Under the pieces are notes generated by a model. That model was not told the origin of the DNA. It made no database searches and saw nothing but the letters and a program-made list of their open reading frames with translations. Below are positions 25,044 to 35,970 of a DNA stretch of 64,000 nt, piece by piece. How positions within the stretch are numbered: position 1 is the stretch's first letter; every line of letters starts with the position of its first letter. Source of the DNA: Camelus dromedarius (Eukaryota); NCBI RefSeq assembly GCF_036321535.1, contig NC_087436.1:83082001-83146000 (forward strand), written 5' to 3'. Position numbers and translations under genes: made by a program.

Positions 25044-28000
25044 GGGAGACCGGGCTCCCTGCTCCTGGGCCCCCGGGAACCCACGGCCAAGATGTTGGTA
25101 GGGGGCCAACTGATGACATTTATGGTGGACACGGGTGCAGAACAATCAGTGGTAACCAAACCTATGGCCCCCTTGACTGAGAAAAAGGCAATTATCACAG
25201 GAGCCATGGGGGACCAAGCCACTCACCCGTTTTGCCATCCATGATCATGCCAACTGGGAGGACATTTAGTCACTCATGAGTTTCTCTACCTACTAGAATG
25301 TCCCATCCCCCTCTTGGGAGGAGACTTACTTCCTAAACTGGAGGCCCAGATAACATTCTCTCCTGGGAAGCAAACACATCTAACTCTGAGGGGGAAGAAA
25401 GCTTTGCTCATGATGGTGACCATGCTCTGAAAAGAAAAATGACGCCTATACCAAACAGAAAGCGCTCAGACAAATCCTGACTCTCTGTGAGAAGAATTCC
25501 CCTCCATCTGGGCAGAAGGGGGACCCCCACCCCGACTGGCCTGAAATCATGCACCATTGGTAATAGACCTACAAGCGGGTGCAACCTCATCCAGGCTGCG
25601 ACAGTACCCCGTACCCAGAGAATCCCATCTGGGAATTCAGAAGCATATCCAGTGTTTGTGGGATGAGGGAATTCTCATAGAGTGCCAATCTCCGTGGAAC
25701 ACGCCCCTCCTGCCCGTCAAAAAGGCAGACTGCAGGATCTACAAGTAGTTACCAATGCTGTGACCACAATACACCCAGTGGTACCGAATCCATACACTCT
25801 TCTTAGCCTCCTACCAGCCCAAGCCAAATGGTTCACCTGCCTAGACCTCAAAGGTGCTTTCTTCTGCCTCAGGCTGGCACCAGTCAGTCAACCAATATTT
25901 GCCTTCGAATGGGCAGGAAAACTCAGTTAACCTGGACTCGCTTACCACTGTATTTTAAAAACTCACCCACCCTGTTTGGGGATGCACTGGCCATGGACTT
26001 AATTGCTTTCCTGGGATGAAGCTCTAAACTGCACCCTGCTACGGTATGTAGATGACCTGTTATCGGCCAGCCCCAATCAAGGGACTGTTGGACGGGAACC
26101 CAGGCCCTTTTAGCTCCACTATCGGATGCTGGCTATAAGGTTTCTCAGAAAAAGGCACAAATTTGTAAAAAGACAGTTAAGTATCTCGGGTTCATTGTCT
26201 CAGAAGGACACTGAGCTTTGGGCCCAGAGCGAAAACAAGCCATTTGTGCAATACCACGACCAGGCACCAAGAGAGAGATCTGAGAATTCCTGGGGACAGC
26301 AGGGTTCTGCCGAATCTGGATCCCTGGTTTCTCAAACATAGCCAAGCCCCTATATGAAGCCACCGCTGGATCTGGCAAAGAACCCTCAGACGGGGACCCA
26401 AGCAGGAAGAAGCATTCAACGAGATCAAAAGACTACTTACCAGGACCCCAGCCCTGGAACTACCATACATGACAAGAGAATTCATCTTGTTTGTCCATGA
26501 GAAGAATCATACAGCCCTAGGGGTTCTCACCCAAGCAATGGGGCCATGGCAGTGGCCCGTGGCCTGTTTGTCAAAGCGTCTGGACCCAGTAGCTTCAGGG
26601 TGGCCACCATGCCTATGAGCATTGGCTGCTATAGTAACCCTGGTCAAGGCAGCAGACAAGCTCACCCTTGGACAGACTGTCAATGTGAAGGTTCCACAAG
26701 CAGTCACCACCCTGATGAACAGCCAGGGGCATCGATGGCTAACCAAAACTAGAATGACACATTATCAAGGGCTCTTTGGGAAAATCCCAGAATCTGCCTG
26801 GAGACAGTGTGAACCTTGAACCCAGCCACCTTCCTGCCCGAGGGAGAGGGCCCACCTGACCACGACTGTCGAGGAAGTCTACTCAAGCAGGCCTGATCTG
26901 TCTGAACCCTGAACTTGAACTTTTTACAGACGGAAGTAGCTACATGCAGTATGGACAACGTAAGGCAGGATATGCGGTGACCACAGCACACGAGGTAATA
27001 AAGGCCGAACCTCTACCACAGGGCTGCTCAGCACAGGGGGCAGAAATATGGGCACTCATCCAGGCATTACAAGAGGTAAAAGGAAAGCGGGTCAGCATTT
27101 ACATGGACTCTAAGTATGCCTTTGCTATCCTGCATATACATGGTGCCATATATCAAGAAAGGGGTCTATTAACAGCTGGAGGAAAGGAGATCAAAAATAA
27201 AGATGAGACACTACAACTGTTAGAGGCAATTTGGGAGCCTGCAGAGGTGTCAGTCATCCACTGCAAGGGACGCCAAAAGGGAGATGACGCTGTAAGCAGA
27301 GGAAACCGACTGGCAGACCAGGCTGCGCAAGAAGCAGCAAGTCAATCGGGCCACACCAGAGATTCTGGGACCATTGCGAATGTTCTGCTAGCACTCGAAC
27401 TGCCAACACCTCTGGACTACAGCCGAGAGGAAAACTTATGGGCCAAAACTGAAGGGGGACCCAAAGAAAAGGAAGGATGGCGGGTGATGCCTGACAAACG
27501 AATATACATACTTGAACAATTAGCCTACAAAGTAGTCCTTCAGCAGCATGAACTCACCCACTTGGGAAAAACTGCCTTAGAGATCCTACTGGATAGATAT
27601 TATCTGATCGCTTGACTTCCATCCCTCTGTGCCTCAGTCCCACAAGGCTGCCTTGTATGTGCCCAGAACAATGCAAAAGAAGGGCCAACTGGACCAAAGG
27701 GAATCCAGCGCTGTGGCCAGGCTCCTTTTGAAGATACGGAAGTAGATTTCACAGAAATAGGGCCTAGCCGAGGATACAAGTACTTACTGGTTTTTGTCTG
27801 CACTTTTTCAGGATGGGTGGAAGCATACCCAACACGGACTGAGAGGGCAAAAGAAGTAACAAAGGCCTTACTCAGAGACATTATTCCCGGATTCAGGATG
27901 CCATTGACCATAGGGTCAGACAACAGACCTGCATTTGCGGCAGAAATAATACAACAAGCGTTAAAAGCACTAAACATCCACTGGAATCTACATGCGGCCT

Positions 28001-28648
28001 ACAGGCCCCAGAGCTCAGGGAAAGTAGAGCTCATGAACCAAAACCTAAAGCAGGTTATGGCAAAACTCAGTCAGGAAACTCAACTACCTTGGACTGGCAC
28101 TTTGCCCCTGGCTCTTCTGCAGGTACACTGTGCCCCTCGGTCCAAGACAGGATTCTCCTCTTTTGAAATCCTGTATGGGAGACCCCCTCCTTTAATTAGA
28201 CTAGGGGAAAATATTAAGGAAGTGGGAAGCTTTAAACTTTATAAGCAAATACAGAGCCTCAGAAAGACTGTGAGAAATCCATAGGTGGGTAACTGACAGA
28301 ATCCCAGTTTCACTGCGAACAATGTTACACCCATATAAACCTGGGGAACAAGTCTGGGTAAAAGATTGGAAAAGGGAGCCCCTCAAGCCCACTTGGAAGG
28401 GCCCCTACCCAGTTATATTAACTACCCCAACAGCTCTTAAAGTTGTAGGTATCACCCTGTGGATTCATCATACCAGAGTAAAGAGAGCAATGCTACCACG
28501 AGATGAGGACATCTGCAGAGTCGACCAGGTCCCTGGAGAGCCACTTGAAATCAGGATCCAGAAACGCCCACCTCACCTGCCAGAGAGCACTGAGCCTTGC
28601 TCTAGCCACACCCGGAAGCTGGCTAGTCAATGCATAGCGGAAGCCTAA
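25044..28648 (+). pseudogene. pol: ERV pro-pol (protease, RT, RNase H, integrase), disrupted
   Basis: FMVDTGAE protease, SPWNTPLLPVKK and YVDD RT motifs, FTDGSS RNase H, HELTH zinc finger, VDFTE / SDNRPAF / SSGKVE integrase, WKGPY C-terminus. Confidence 0.95.
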
Positions 28649-28872
28649 GGAACCACCGATCGGGACATAAATGAACTTTCTCTACCACTCCTACTTTTTT
28701 AATTAATCAGTATTGTTGCTATATTGCGAGCTGTAGAACTGACAGCCACTGCACCTCAGGATTGGAACATAGGCCAGAGACTAATACTAGCCGTACTCTG
28801 TCTCTCTATAATGGAAAGCCTAATGGTCAGTCAGTGTCTACTATAGGAACCATACCTCCCAGTTAAAAAAAA

Positions 28873-30127
28873 ATGAAACCCCAAACCCTTCTGCTACTTG
28901 TAAAAACAGTTGCTAACATATCTCTTTCAATGATGGGGGTTCCAATGGGACCCATTAACCAAATTGCATTTGGCAGGGTCCTTCTCCCCAGAAAAAATCC
29001 TTGGCCCACATGCTCAGGGCCCTTCTATAGACCGGGTAAGGACTGGGAAAAGAAAAATAGACCAACGCCCATGCCTTATAACCAGGACCCCCAATTAAGT
29101 ATCTTATTAAGCAAGGTTTATCATCTTCTTAATGCTACTAACCCACAACTAGCAAGTGACTGCTGGCTCTGCCTGGGCCCCAGCCCCCTTCAGCATGTAG
29201 CCAGCCCATTAGGTCTCGCAGATCTAACTGAGTTTAATGGCCACTCTGGGTGGTCCCCAGACTCCGCAGATGTAAGCCCCAAGTCAGTTAACGTACAGTT
29301 GGCCCATACAGCTTCTGACTGCGTCTAAAACCCGGGGGCAAGACATTCTGTAGGAAATCTGGCCACTGCCCAGTGTGCCCAAACCCGTAACTACACAACT
29401 GTTTATGGTTGTATGCCTGTCAAATCTTGGTGCACACCAAGCCCAGGAACCTCTTTAATATGCGGGACACACGCCTACTGGTGCCTGCCAGCCAATTGGA
29501 CAGGTACTTGCACATTGGCCTTCCTTACCCCTCAGATGGACATACCTAATAACCAGAGCCTTCCCATACTCGATCAAAAAGGGCCATCCAGTTAATACCA
29601 CTACTCATTGGGCTGGGAATAGCCACTGGTGTGGGAACAGAATAGGAGGAATAGCCTCATCATCCTACTATTACCAGCAGTTATCTGCTGAGATCACTGA
29701 AGATTTAAAACAAGTGGCTGAGTCCTTAATGACTCTACAAAACGAGTTGGACTCCCTAGCAGCGCTAGTCCTACAGAACAGGAGGGGTTTAGACTTGCTC
29801 ACTGCTGAAAAGGGGGGACTCTGTCTCTTCCTATATGAGGAATACTGTTTCTATGTAAATCAATCAGTAATTGTCAGAAATATGGTCCAACAACTACGAG
29901 ATCAAGCTGAATGCAGAAACCAGGAATTAGCAAATTCCTGGGCACAATGGGATAACCTCTGGAGTTGGGCCTCCTGGCTCCTCCCCCTAGCAGGCCCCCT
30001 CCTTATGATCCTTCTAGCACTGCTGTTTGGCTCCTGCATCCTTAATCTCATTACCCATTTTATCAGCTCACAAATAGAGTCACTAAGGCTACAGCTACTG
30101 GTTACTCAGTACAGGCCCCTGGACTAG
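28873..30127 (+). pseudogene. env: ERV env (gamma-type), disrupted
   Basis: CWLC motif, RSKR furin site near 29580, fusion peptide AIQLIPLLIGLGI, immunosuppressive domain LQNRRGLDLLTAEKGGLCL, decayed CX6CC, membrane anchor WLLPLAGPLLMILLALLFG. Confidence 0.92.
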
Positions 30128-30199
30128 GTAGAGTCCAATGGTAAATAAGGGGCACCACTCTTAAAGTCGATGCTTACTTCAGTTGTTAAAGAGAGCATC

Positions 30200-30211
30200 A
30201 AAAGCAGGGAA
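30200..30211 (+). promoter_or_regulatory. Polypurine tract
   Basis: AAAAGCAGGGAA immediately before the 3' LTR. Confidence 0.8.
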
Positions 30212-30688
30212 TGAGGTGGGAAGCCCCATGAAAAAGACAGCAGGACCCCCAGGCAGAGCCACTACCCTCCTGCCAGCACCATTTGATTCCCTGGCCCTGT
30301 GGCATTATCTTGCTTTTTAAACTCTGAAACAGCTTACTTCTAGGAAAGCGGAACTTATCCTTAAGAATCTATTGGTTCCCTGAGCTAACTCCTGATTGGT
30401 CCATTTCTCTCACTCCTGATTGGTCCATTTCTACAAAGCTTGTTCCAAATTAGTCACCTTTGTTATACCTTATTTGCATATGATGTTACAAAATGTTGCA
30501 AAGTCTAGACTGGTAGCCTATAAAAGCCTGTGTAAACCTACAGATGGGGTCCAGAGCTTGGACTGTTAACTCCTCTGGGCCCACTGGTGTAATAAACCTG
30601 AGTTCTCCAATCCTCCAAGTGCTGCTTGGTCTCTTGCCCGGACCCAGGTTGCTGTCACAACTGAGCTGTAACACACTTTGCTACAACA
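30212..30688 (+). repeat. 3' LTR (477 bp)
   Basis: Direct repeat of the 5' LTR with two 24-bp CCAAT units; followed by TSD AACA. Confidence 0.95.
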
Positions 30689-31655
30689 AACACATATTTT
30701 TTGTGTGTAATTTACTTTCTCACTTCTCAGTCTCCTAACAAAGTTCTAGGGAGATAATCACCACTAGCCCCAAGCCCTGCTAGACCAACACTAGTGTCAT
30801 TTACTGACATAAGCAATAGATTCTCAATAAATGCTTATTGTTGGTCAACTGACTTACTGGACTTCCATAAGTGATCCTCTTAACACTATACTGCTTAAGA
30901 TATTATTTTGTTCACTCATTCACACTTATTCCCCAGTTATTACTCTTTTTGATTGGACATAATTTAGTTCTCTACCCTAGTTTTATGTGACAAATGCTCA
31001 GTTACTATCTCTTAGTATGCTCATTCATCCACTAAGTTAGTTTCTTTATCATGTCTCTGTAACTCTTTCATGTCCACCAGAGAGCCTTCTGCAGATGGAT
31101 GTTAACAGATGATGTTAGATAACAATGAATTGGTTTTGCTTTTGCTAATATATAAAGGAGGTATGGTGAGATAAAAAGAACATAAACTTTGAATTCAAAG
31201 GGGTCTGAATTGGAATCTGCCATTACTAGCTACTCAGAGGCTCCAGTTCCTCATCTGTAAAAATGATAATTAGAAAGGCTTCCCTGTTCTGAACCGTATT
31301 ATACTAACTTATACTTTACAAGGCATAATTGATCATTGTCTAAAGAAACACCAAAAGAGGTGAAATAGTATTCCTTCACCATTAAATACTGTTTGGCTAA
31401 TATTTTAGATATTTAATGCCCATTTCCCCACTAACATAAAATTAATAAAAGTGTAATTCAGTGCATTAACTCACTCATTCAACAAACATTCATGATTCAA
31501 CAAACATTTTCTCCTCATTGATAAACATATCAAAAGTGCTAGGTCCGGAGTTTGAACAAAATGAAATAGATCTCTTCTGCCAAGGAGTTTACCAAGTTAC
31601 CGTTAAGAGCTACTCCAGAAGAGATCTTTGTGACAATAGTTTGAAACTGTGACTT

Positions 31656-31661
31656 TTTATT
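31656..31661 (-). terminator. PPM1K: Likely distal PPM1K polyadenylation signal (another candidate at 32093-32098)
   Basis: Minus-strand AATAAA at the end of a repeat-poor AT-rich stretch about 4.2 kb after the stop codon. Confidence 0.55.
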
Positions 31662-33709
31662 CAATAAATGACAGGACATTAAAAATTGCTTATGTTAAAT
31701 ACATAATGCTGAGTTCTACAGTATCCCTGCCAAACACTTGTTTCTAATTTTTAGCACATGGAGATGCTGCAGTGAAATCTATCACAGGCAAAATACTGTA
31801 GAAATCATCACAACTATTTTCTTCTGATGTGCCAACAAATATTTTAGAAGAGGGAAATGAAAGAAACAAATTTTGTTTTATATCAAATCAAAAAGATTTG
31901 GAGTTAAGTGTATACACTTTTTTCAAAGATTCTTAACATTAATTTTGCAAACAGCCAGAATTTGGTGCTAAAAAATTCCAACCATTCATTGACTCCTTTT
32001 TATCAGTCTTCACAGGGTCATATAATAAATGTTGGAATGTCTGGATGCCAAATAAACACGGTTGGATTTTAAAAAGTGTTTAATGGATGTACTTTATTAA
32101 AATGGTGTTTTAAATGCAGAGATATGTGATTTTAGTATGCTTACAGTTACTCTAATACATACACTTAAAACAATGGTCCAAGCAGCAATGACATCAACTC
32201 TCTACAGAAGTGCTATGCATTCAATTAGTACTTTGGTAAATTGTAAAACAAATGTACATGAGAGCACTTTGGCAGAAATTAATGTGGGACACAGCAAACT
32301 GCAAGATTCTGTACAAGAATTCAGTGGAAGATGAGTCATTCTTGGAGCTGGAACAACACCATGATTTCACAGCCTGCAAGGCTCGATATGACCATCAATG
32401 GACTGTCTCAACCAACTAACAGCCAAAGAGAGCTGCCAGAGAGTCAAGCGGTCTCATTCCAAATGCCAGAACCAATAGGCAGATTATCACAGTCTGGCTT
32501 GTAAATACATGACTTATTATTTCTGCTGAAGTCATCTAGATAACTGAATCTAATAAACATAATAAAATGTAACCCAACCAAAATTTTATGTCACTTTCCA
32601 TAGACATGAGTATGTGAACAACTGAGCAACTAAAAGAAAATACAAAGATATGTTTGTGATTAATGGTTCGATGCTGATGCTAAACTTTAACCATCCCTTC
32701 CCCTCACCCGCTTTGAAGCATTTTCTTATTACCATTAAATTAACTCCTTGTCCATTCTTAGAAAGGAAACGAAATGTCACGCCTGATACTGAAGAGTTAG
32801 CATAGATGAAGAGAGCACTCATTCTCTGCCAAGATTCATAAAAAAACTAAATTCCACTTTGAAAACATAATTAATATTTAAATTACATGCTAATAGTTCT
32901 TCAAAGTAAGTTTTTAAATGTTGCAACTTGAGAAATGTCCCCATCATAGAGTACAGAAATTCAAAACTGATTCCTCCAAAACTTTTTTTTTCCAGAAAAA
33001 AATGCATAAAACTTTGAAGCACTTAACACAAGGGTCTGTAACAGTTGATGGAAAGCAAGACTGTATTTATATTTGGATACATAAGGTACTTAAGAATTTA
33101 TACTTGTGAAAAATCACAATGATTTTAAGATTATCTTGCCAAATAAATGTTGGCAAATAAAGTGTGGCAACACATTTCAGAAAGATGATTTATATACTAC
33201 ACATAAATGAAAGGCAAATATAAATACAACTGATTTAAGCTTAATTACATTAATGTAATTTACAGCATACCAATACCCACATGGTGATAACCACATGGCA
33301 AATTCACAGTTGTAACTAAAAATTTATATTCAGAAGAGTCCTTTTTTCCCCACTACTATTTGCATAATTCCCAGCAATAGACTTAGAAGCCTAATACAAG
33401 TATGCTTCTTTTATGGACTACAATAATCTGTAACTTATACTTCAACATTGTGGCTTGAAAAACAAACACCAGTCAGTCAAGGCTGACTAGTTTCGGGCTT
33501 TAAAAACTTTCAGGTGGAGCAGAGGAAAGTCCACCCCTGATCAATGCCTACGTGCCCCACAAATGCCTCTGTCACACCTGGCAATGTTTACAATGCATCA
33601 GTGACTCTTAGACCTTTGAACTCAACATTGTTCCACTCTTAGTTTTTAAAGTCACCGAGAGGAATAGCAATGTGAAGAATTCGAACTAAAAATAAAATCC
33701 ACAGCTTTA

Positions 33710-33801
33710 ATTAATTATTTTTTGATGGAGGTACCGGGGGTTGAACCCAGAACCTTGTGCATACTAGGCACACGCTCTACCCCTGAGCTATATCCTCCCC
33801 C
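33710..33801 (-). mobile_element. Vic-1-type tRNA-Ala SINE inside the presumed PPM1K 3' UTR
   Basis: Reverse-complement SINE body; 17-bp TSD TAAAA(T/C)CCACAGCTTTA at 33693-33709 and 33802-33818. Confidence 0.85.
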
Positions 33802-35838
33802 TAAAACCCACAGCTTTAGAAGGCCATTTTGTGCTTTAGTTTCCATTTGCTTGTTAGTTTGGAAATTCTCCATACTCCTAAGTGTAGCTTCCATATTTAT
33901 GTCCCAAGACCTGACTCAGAAACAGCAAGAAAATTTTCCAGCTTTCTTAGTCTACCTTTGGTTCCTCACTTCCCAGGCAATGAATTGGAGACCATATTCT
34001 TTCTTGAAACGTTTTTCTTTCTTTCACTAAACTTTCTTGAAAAAAAAAAAAGCAATTTTTTTTAACCACTTTTTTCCAAAGGACAGTTCCTGACTAATAT
34101 AGGCAAGAAAACTCAGGATCTATTTTCTTCCATTCCCAAACAGGTGAGGAGAAAATGGGACTATTTATATTGTGCTCTCTTCTTTCTAATAAAGAAATGA
34201 AAATTAAAAAAAGAAAAAAAAAAAGCCAACTCTGAAAACTAAGAGTTGAAGGTACATCAATGTTATCTTTCTGTTTTTTCTTTTGTTTCTACAACAAAAC
34301 TCCATGTCATTCTTAACCCTTGGTATTTTTCTCACATCCTATTATTTTATATGCAGACACTACATAGCAATGTAGCTTCAACATGCTGGTCCTGTTCCTA
34401 GGTTTTCCACATAAGTTACCCACCACAGAATATCTCCTACAGCCGTTTTTAATCCATTTCCTCATCTGCCAGTAACCATTGGTTCTCCACAATAAAACTT
34501 CCCTCAGTTTATGAAGAGTCCTTAGAGATAAACATACGAATAATTTAAAGCTAACTGGTGAAAGAGCTACGTAGGATTGTTCCCTTTAATTTTCTGTTAG
34601 TCAAAAATATACATATGTACATACACCTACACATATAACAAATTTACACTGTCTGCAGAAATAAACTGCAGATACAATTCCATACACACATTTAGAGATT
34701 CACATTTTAACAGCAAACTTATGCACAGATATAAGGAAATATGGTTTTACATTCCTCAGTTACATAGCAAGCTAAAAAAGAAGTTTTTTTTTTTTTTTTT
34801 TAAGATTTAGTCTTTCTTATGAGTCTAGAAAAAGGAGACATAAACCTCAAGATATGTCTGTAGCAATTATCAGTCAATGTAGGGGATTATTTTTACCGAC
34901 AAATTATCCAACTTGCTTACTCTATAAAAAGCGATATAAACATACTATACACAGAACATAAAACATAGAATTGGAGATAACAAATGGCAACTTTATACAA
35001 AATGCTTGATACTAGCAGTATTTGACTTTGTGTAGCTTTGAGCAATGAACTCTCGGCCTGGGCATTCTTTTCTCATATAAAGGAACAGTCATATCTATGT
35101 AACATTCTTAGCTACAGAAAAATAGGAATGAATTGAGTAGGGGCAGTGGAGACAGGGCGACACAGCTAAAATACGTAAGTGCACTGTTGTACATATGTAT
35201 ACAGTTTAGCAGTGTCATGTTATCTGAATTGATTTCTTTTGCATTGTTACATTTACCAGTAAGTGATCCAGAATACAAAATATAGTAACAGAGAACTCAG
35301 TTTTCGTAATTACTCCTTGGTACAGTTATTTAAAATAAACACTTGCAGATAACACGTTGAGTATTTGTCAGAATATTAACTAGTTTTAAAGAACTTGAAG
35401 GCAAGAACCTGGTCAAACGAAAAAAGATCAGACATGATCAAAAGAAACTCATAGCTGCCTTAGAGTTTTAAAAATGAGAATTAGAATGTAATGGGGGCAA
35501 TGATTAGTGTTTTAGATCAGGGGTTTTAAAAATTAGAACTTTCACACTCAGCAAGTGTATCAAAACCATTTTTCATTTGCTCACTCAACTCAGAGACTCA
35601 CTCACAATAGCTGAATTACACATATGCTTAAACTGAGTATGTGCAGTTAGTTGAACATAAATATGGTGGGTATTTATGAAAAACTACTATGTAAGTGGTT
35701 ACTAAGTTCACACTGATTTGTGTACTGGTCTAGTTAGTCCTAGGGCTACCTCGGTATGGTTGACTTTTTAATCTAATCAGTTTCTTGACACACTCAGTGA
35801 AAAACTGTTGCACAGAAACTCCAAGTCCCAGTCAGCGA

Positions 35839-35970
35839 TCAGGCCCATCGTCCACTGGTGGCAAAACTTCTGCTGAACGAGAAACTGACTTCAGAGTTCT
35901 TGTATTTTCCCCAAGCACCAAAAGGCACTACTACTGCAGTGGTGTTATCTTCAGTACCATACTGTATTGC
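35839..35970 (-). CDS. PPM1K: PPM1K exon 7 (coding part)
   Basis: Acceptor ttgcag|[26 protein letters not shown]...SGRWA*. Confidence 0.97.
   Translation of the reverse strand, partial: AIQYGTEDNTTAVVVPFGAWGKYKNSEVSFSFSRSFATSGRWA

Larger units (their letters stand above)
21656..30688 (+). mobile_element. Full-length defective class I (gamma-like) endogenous retrovirus
   Basis: Two TG...CA LTRs, 4-bp TSD AACA (21652-21655 and 30689-30692), PBS, gag, pro-pol, env and PPT in canonical order. Confidence 0.97.

Noticed and set aside
22877..28648. APOBEC3 hypermutation of the provirus
   Set aside because: A few TAA/TGA stops could derive from TGG, but many fit CpG decay (CGA to TGA) and most Trp codons are intact; needs a consensus to test
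28873..30127. env as a domesticated syncytin-like gene
   Set aside because: Stop at 29328, frameshifts around the furin site and fusion peptide, and CX6CC mutated to CLFLYEEYC
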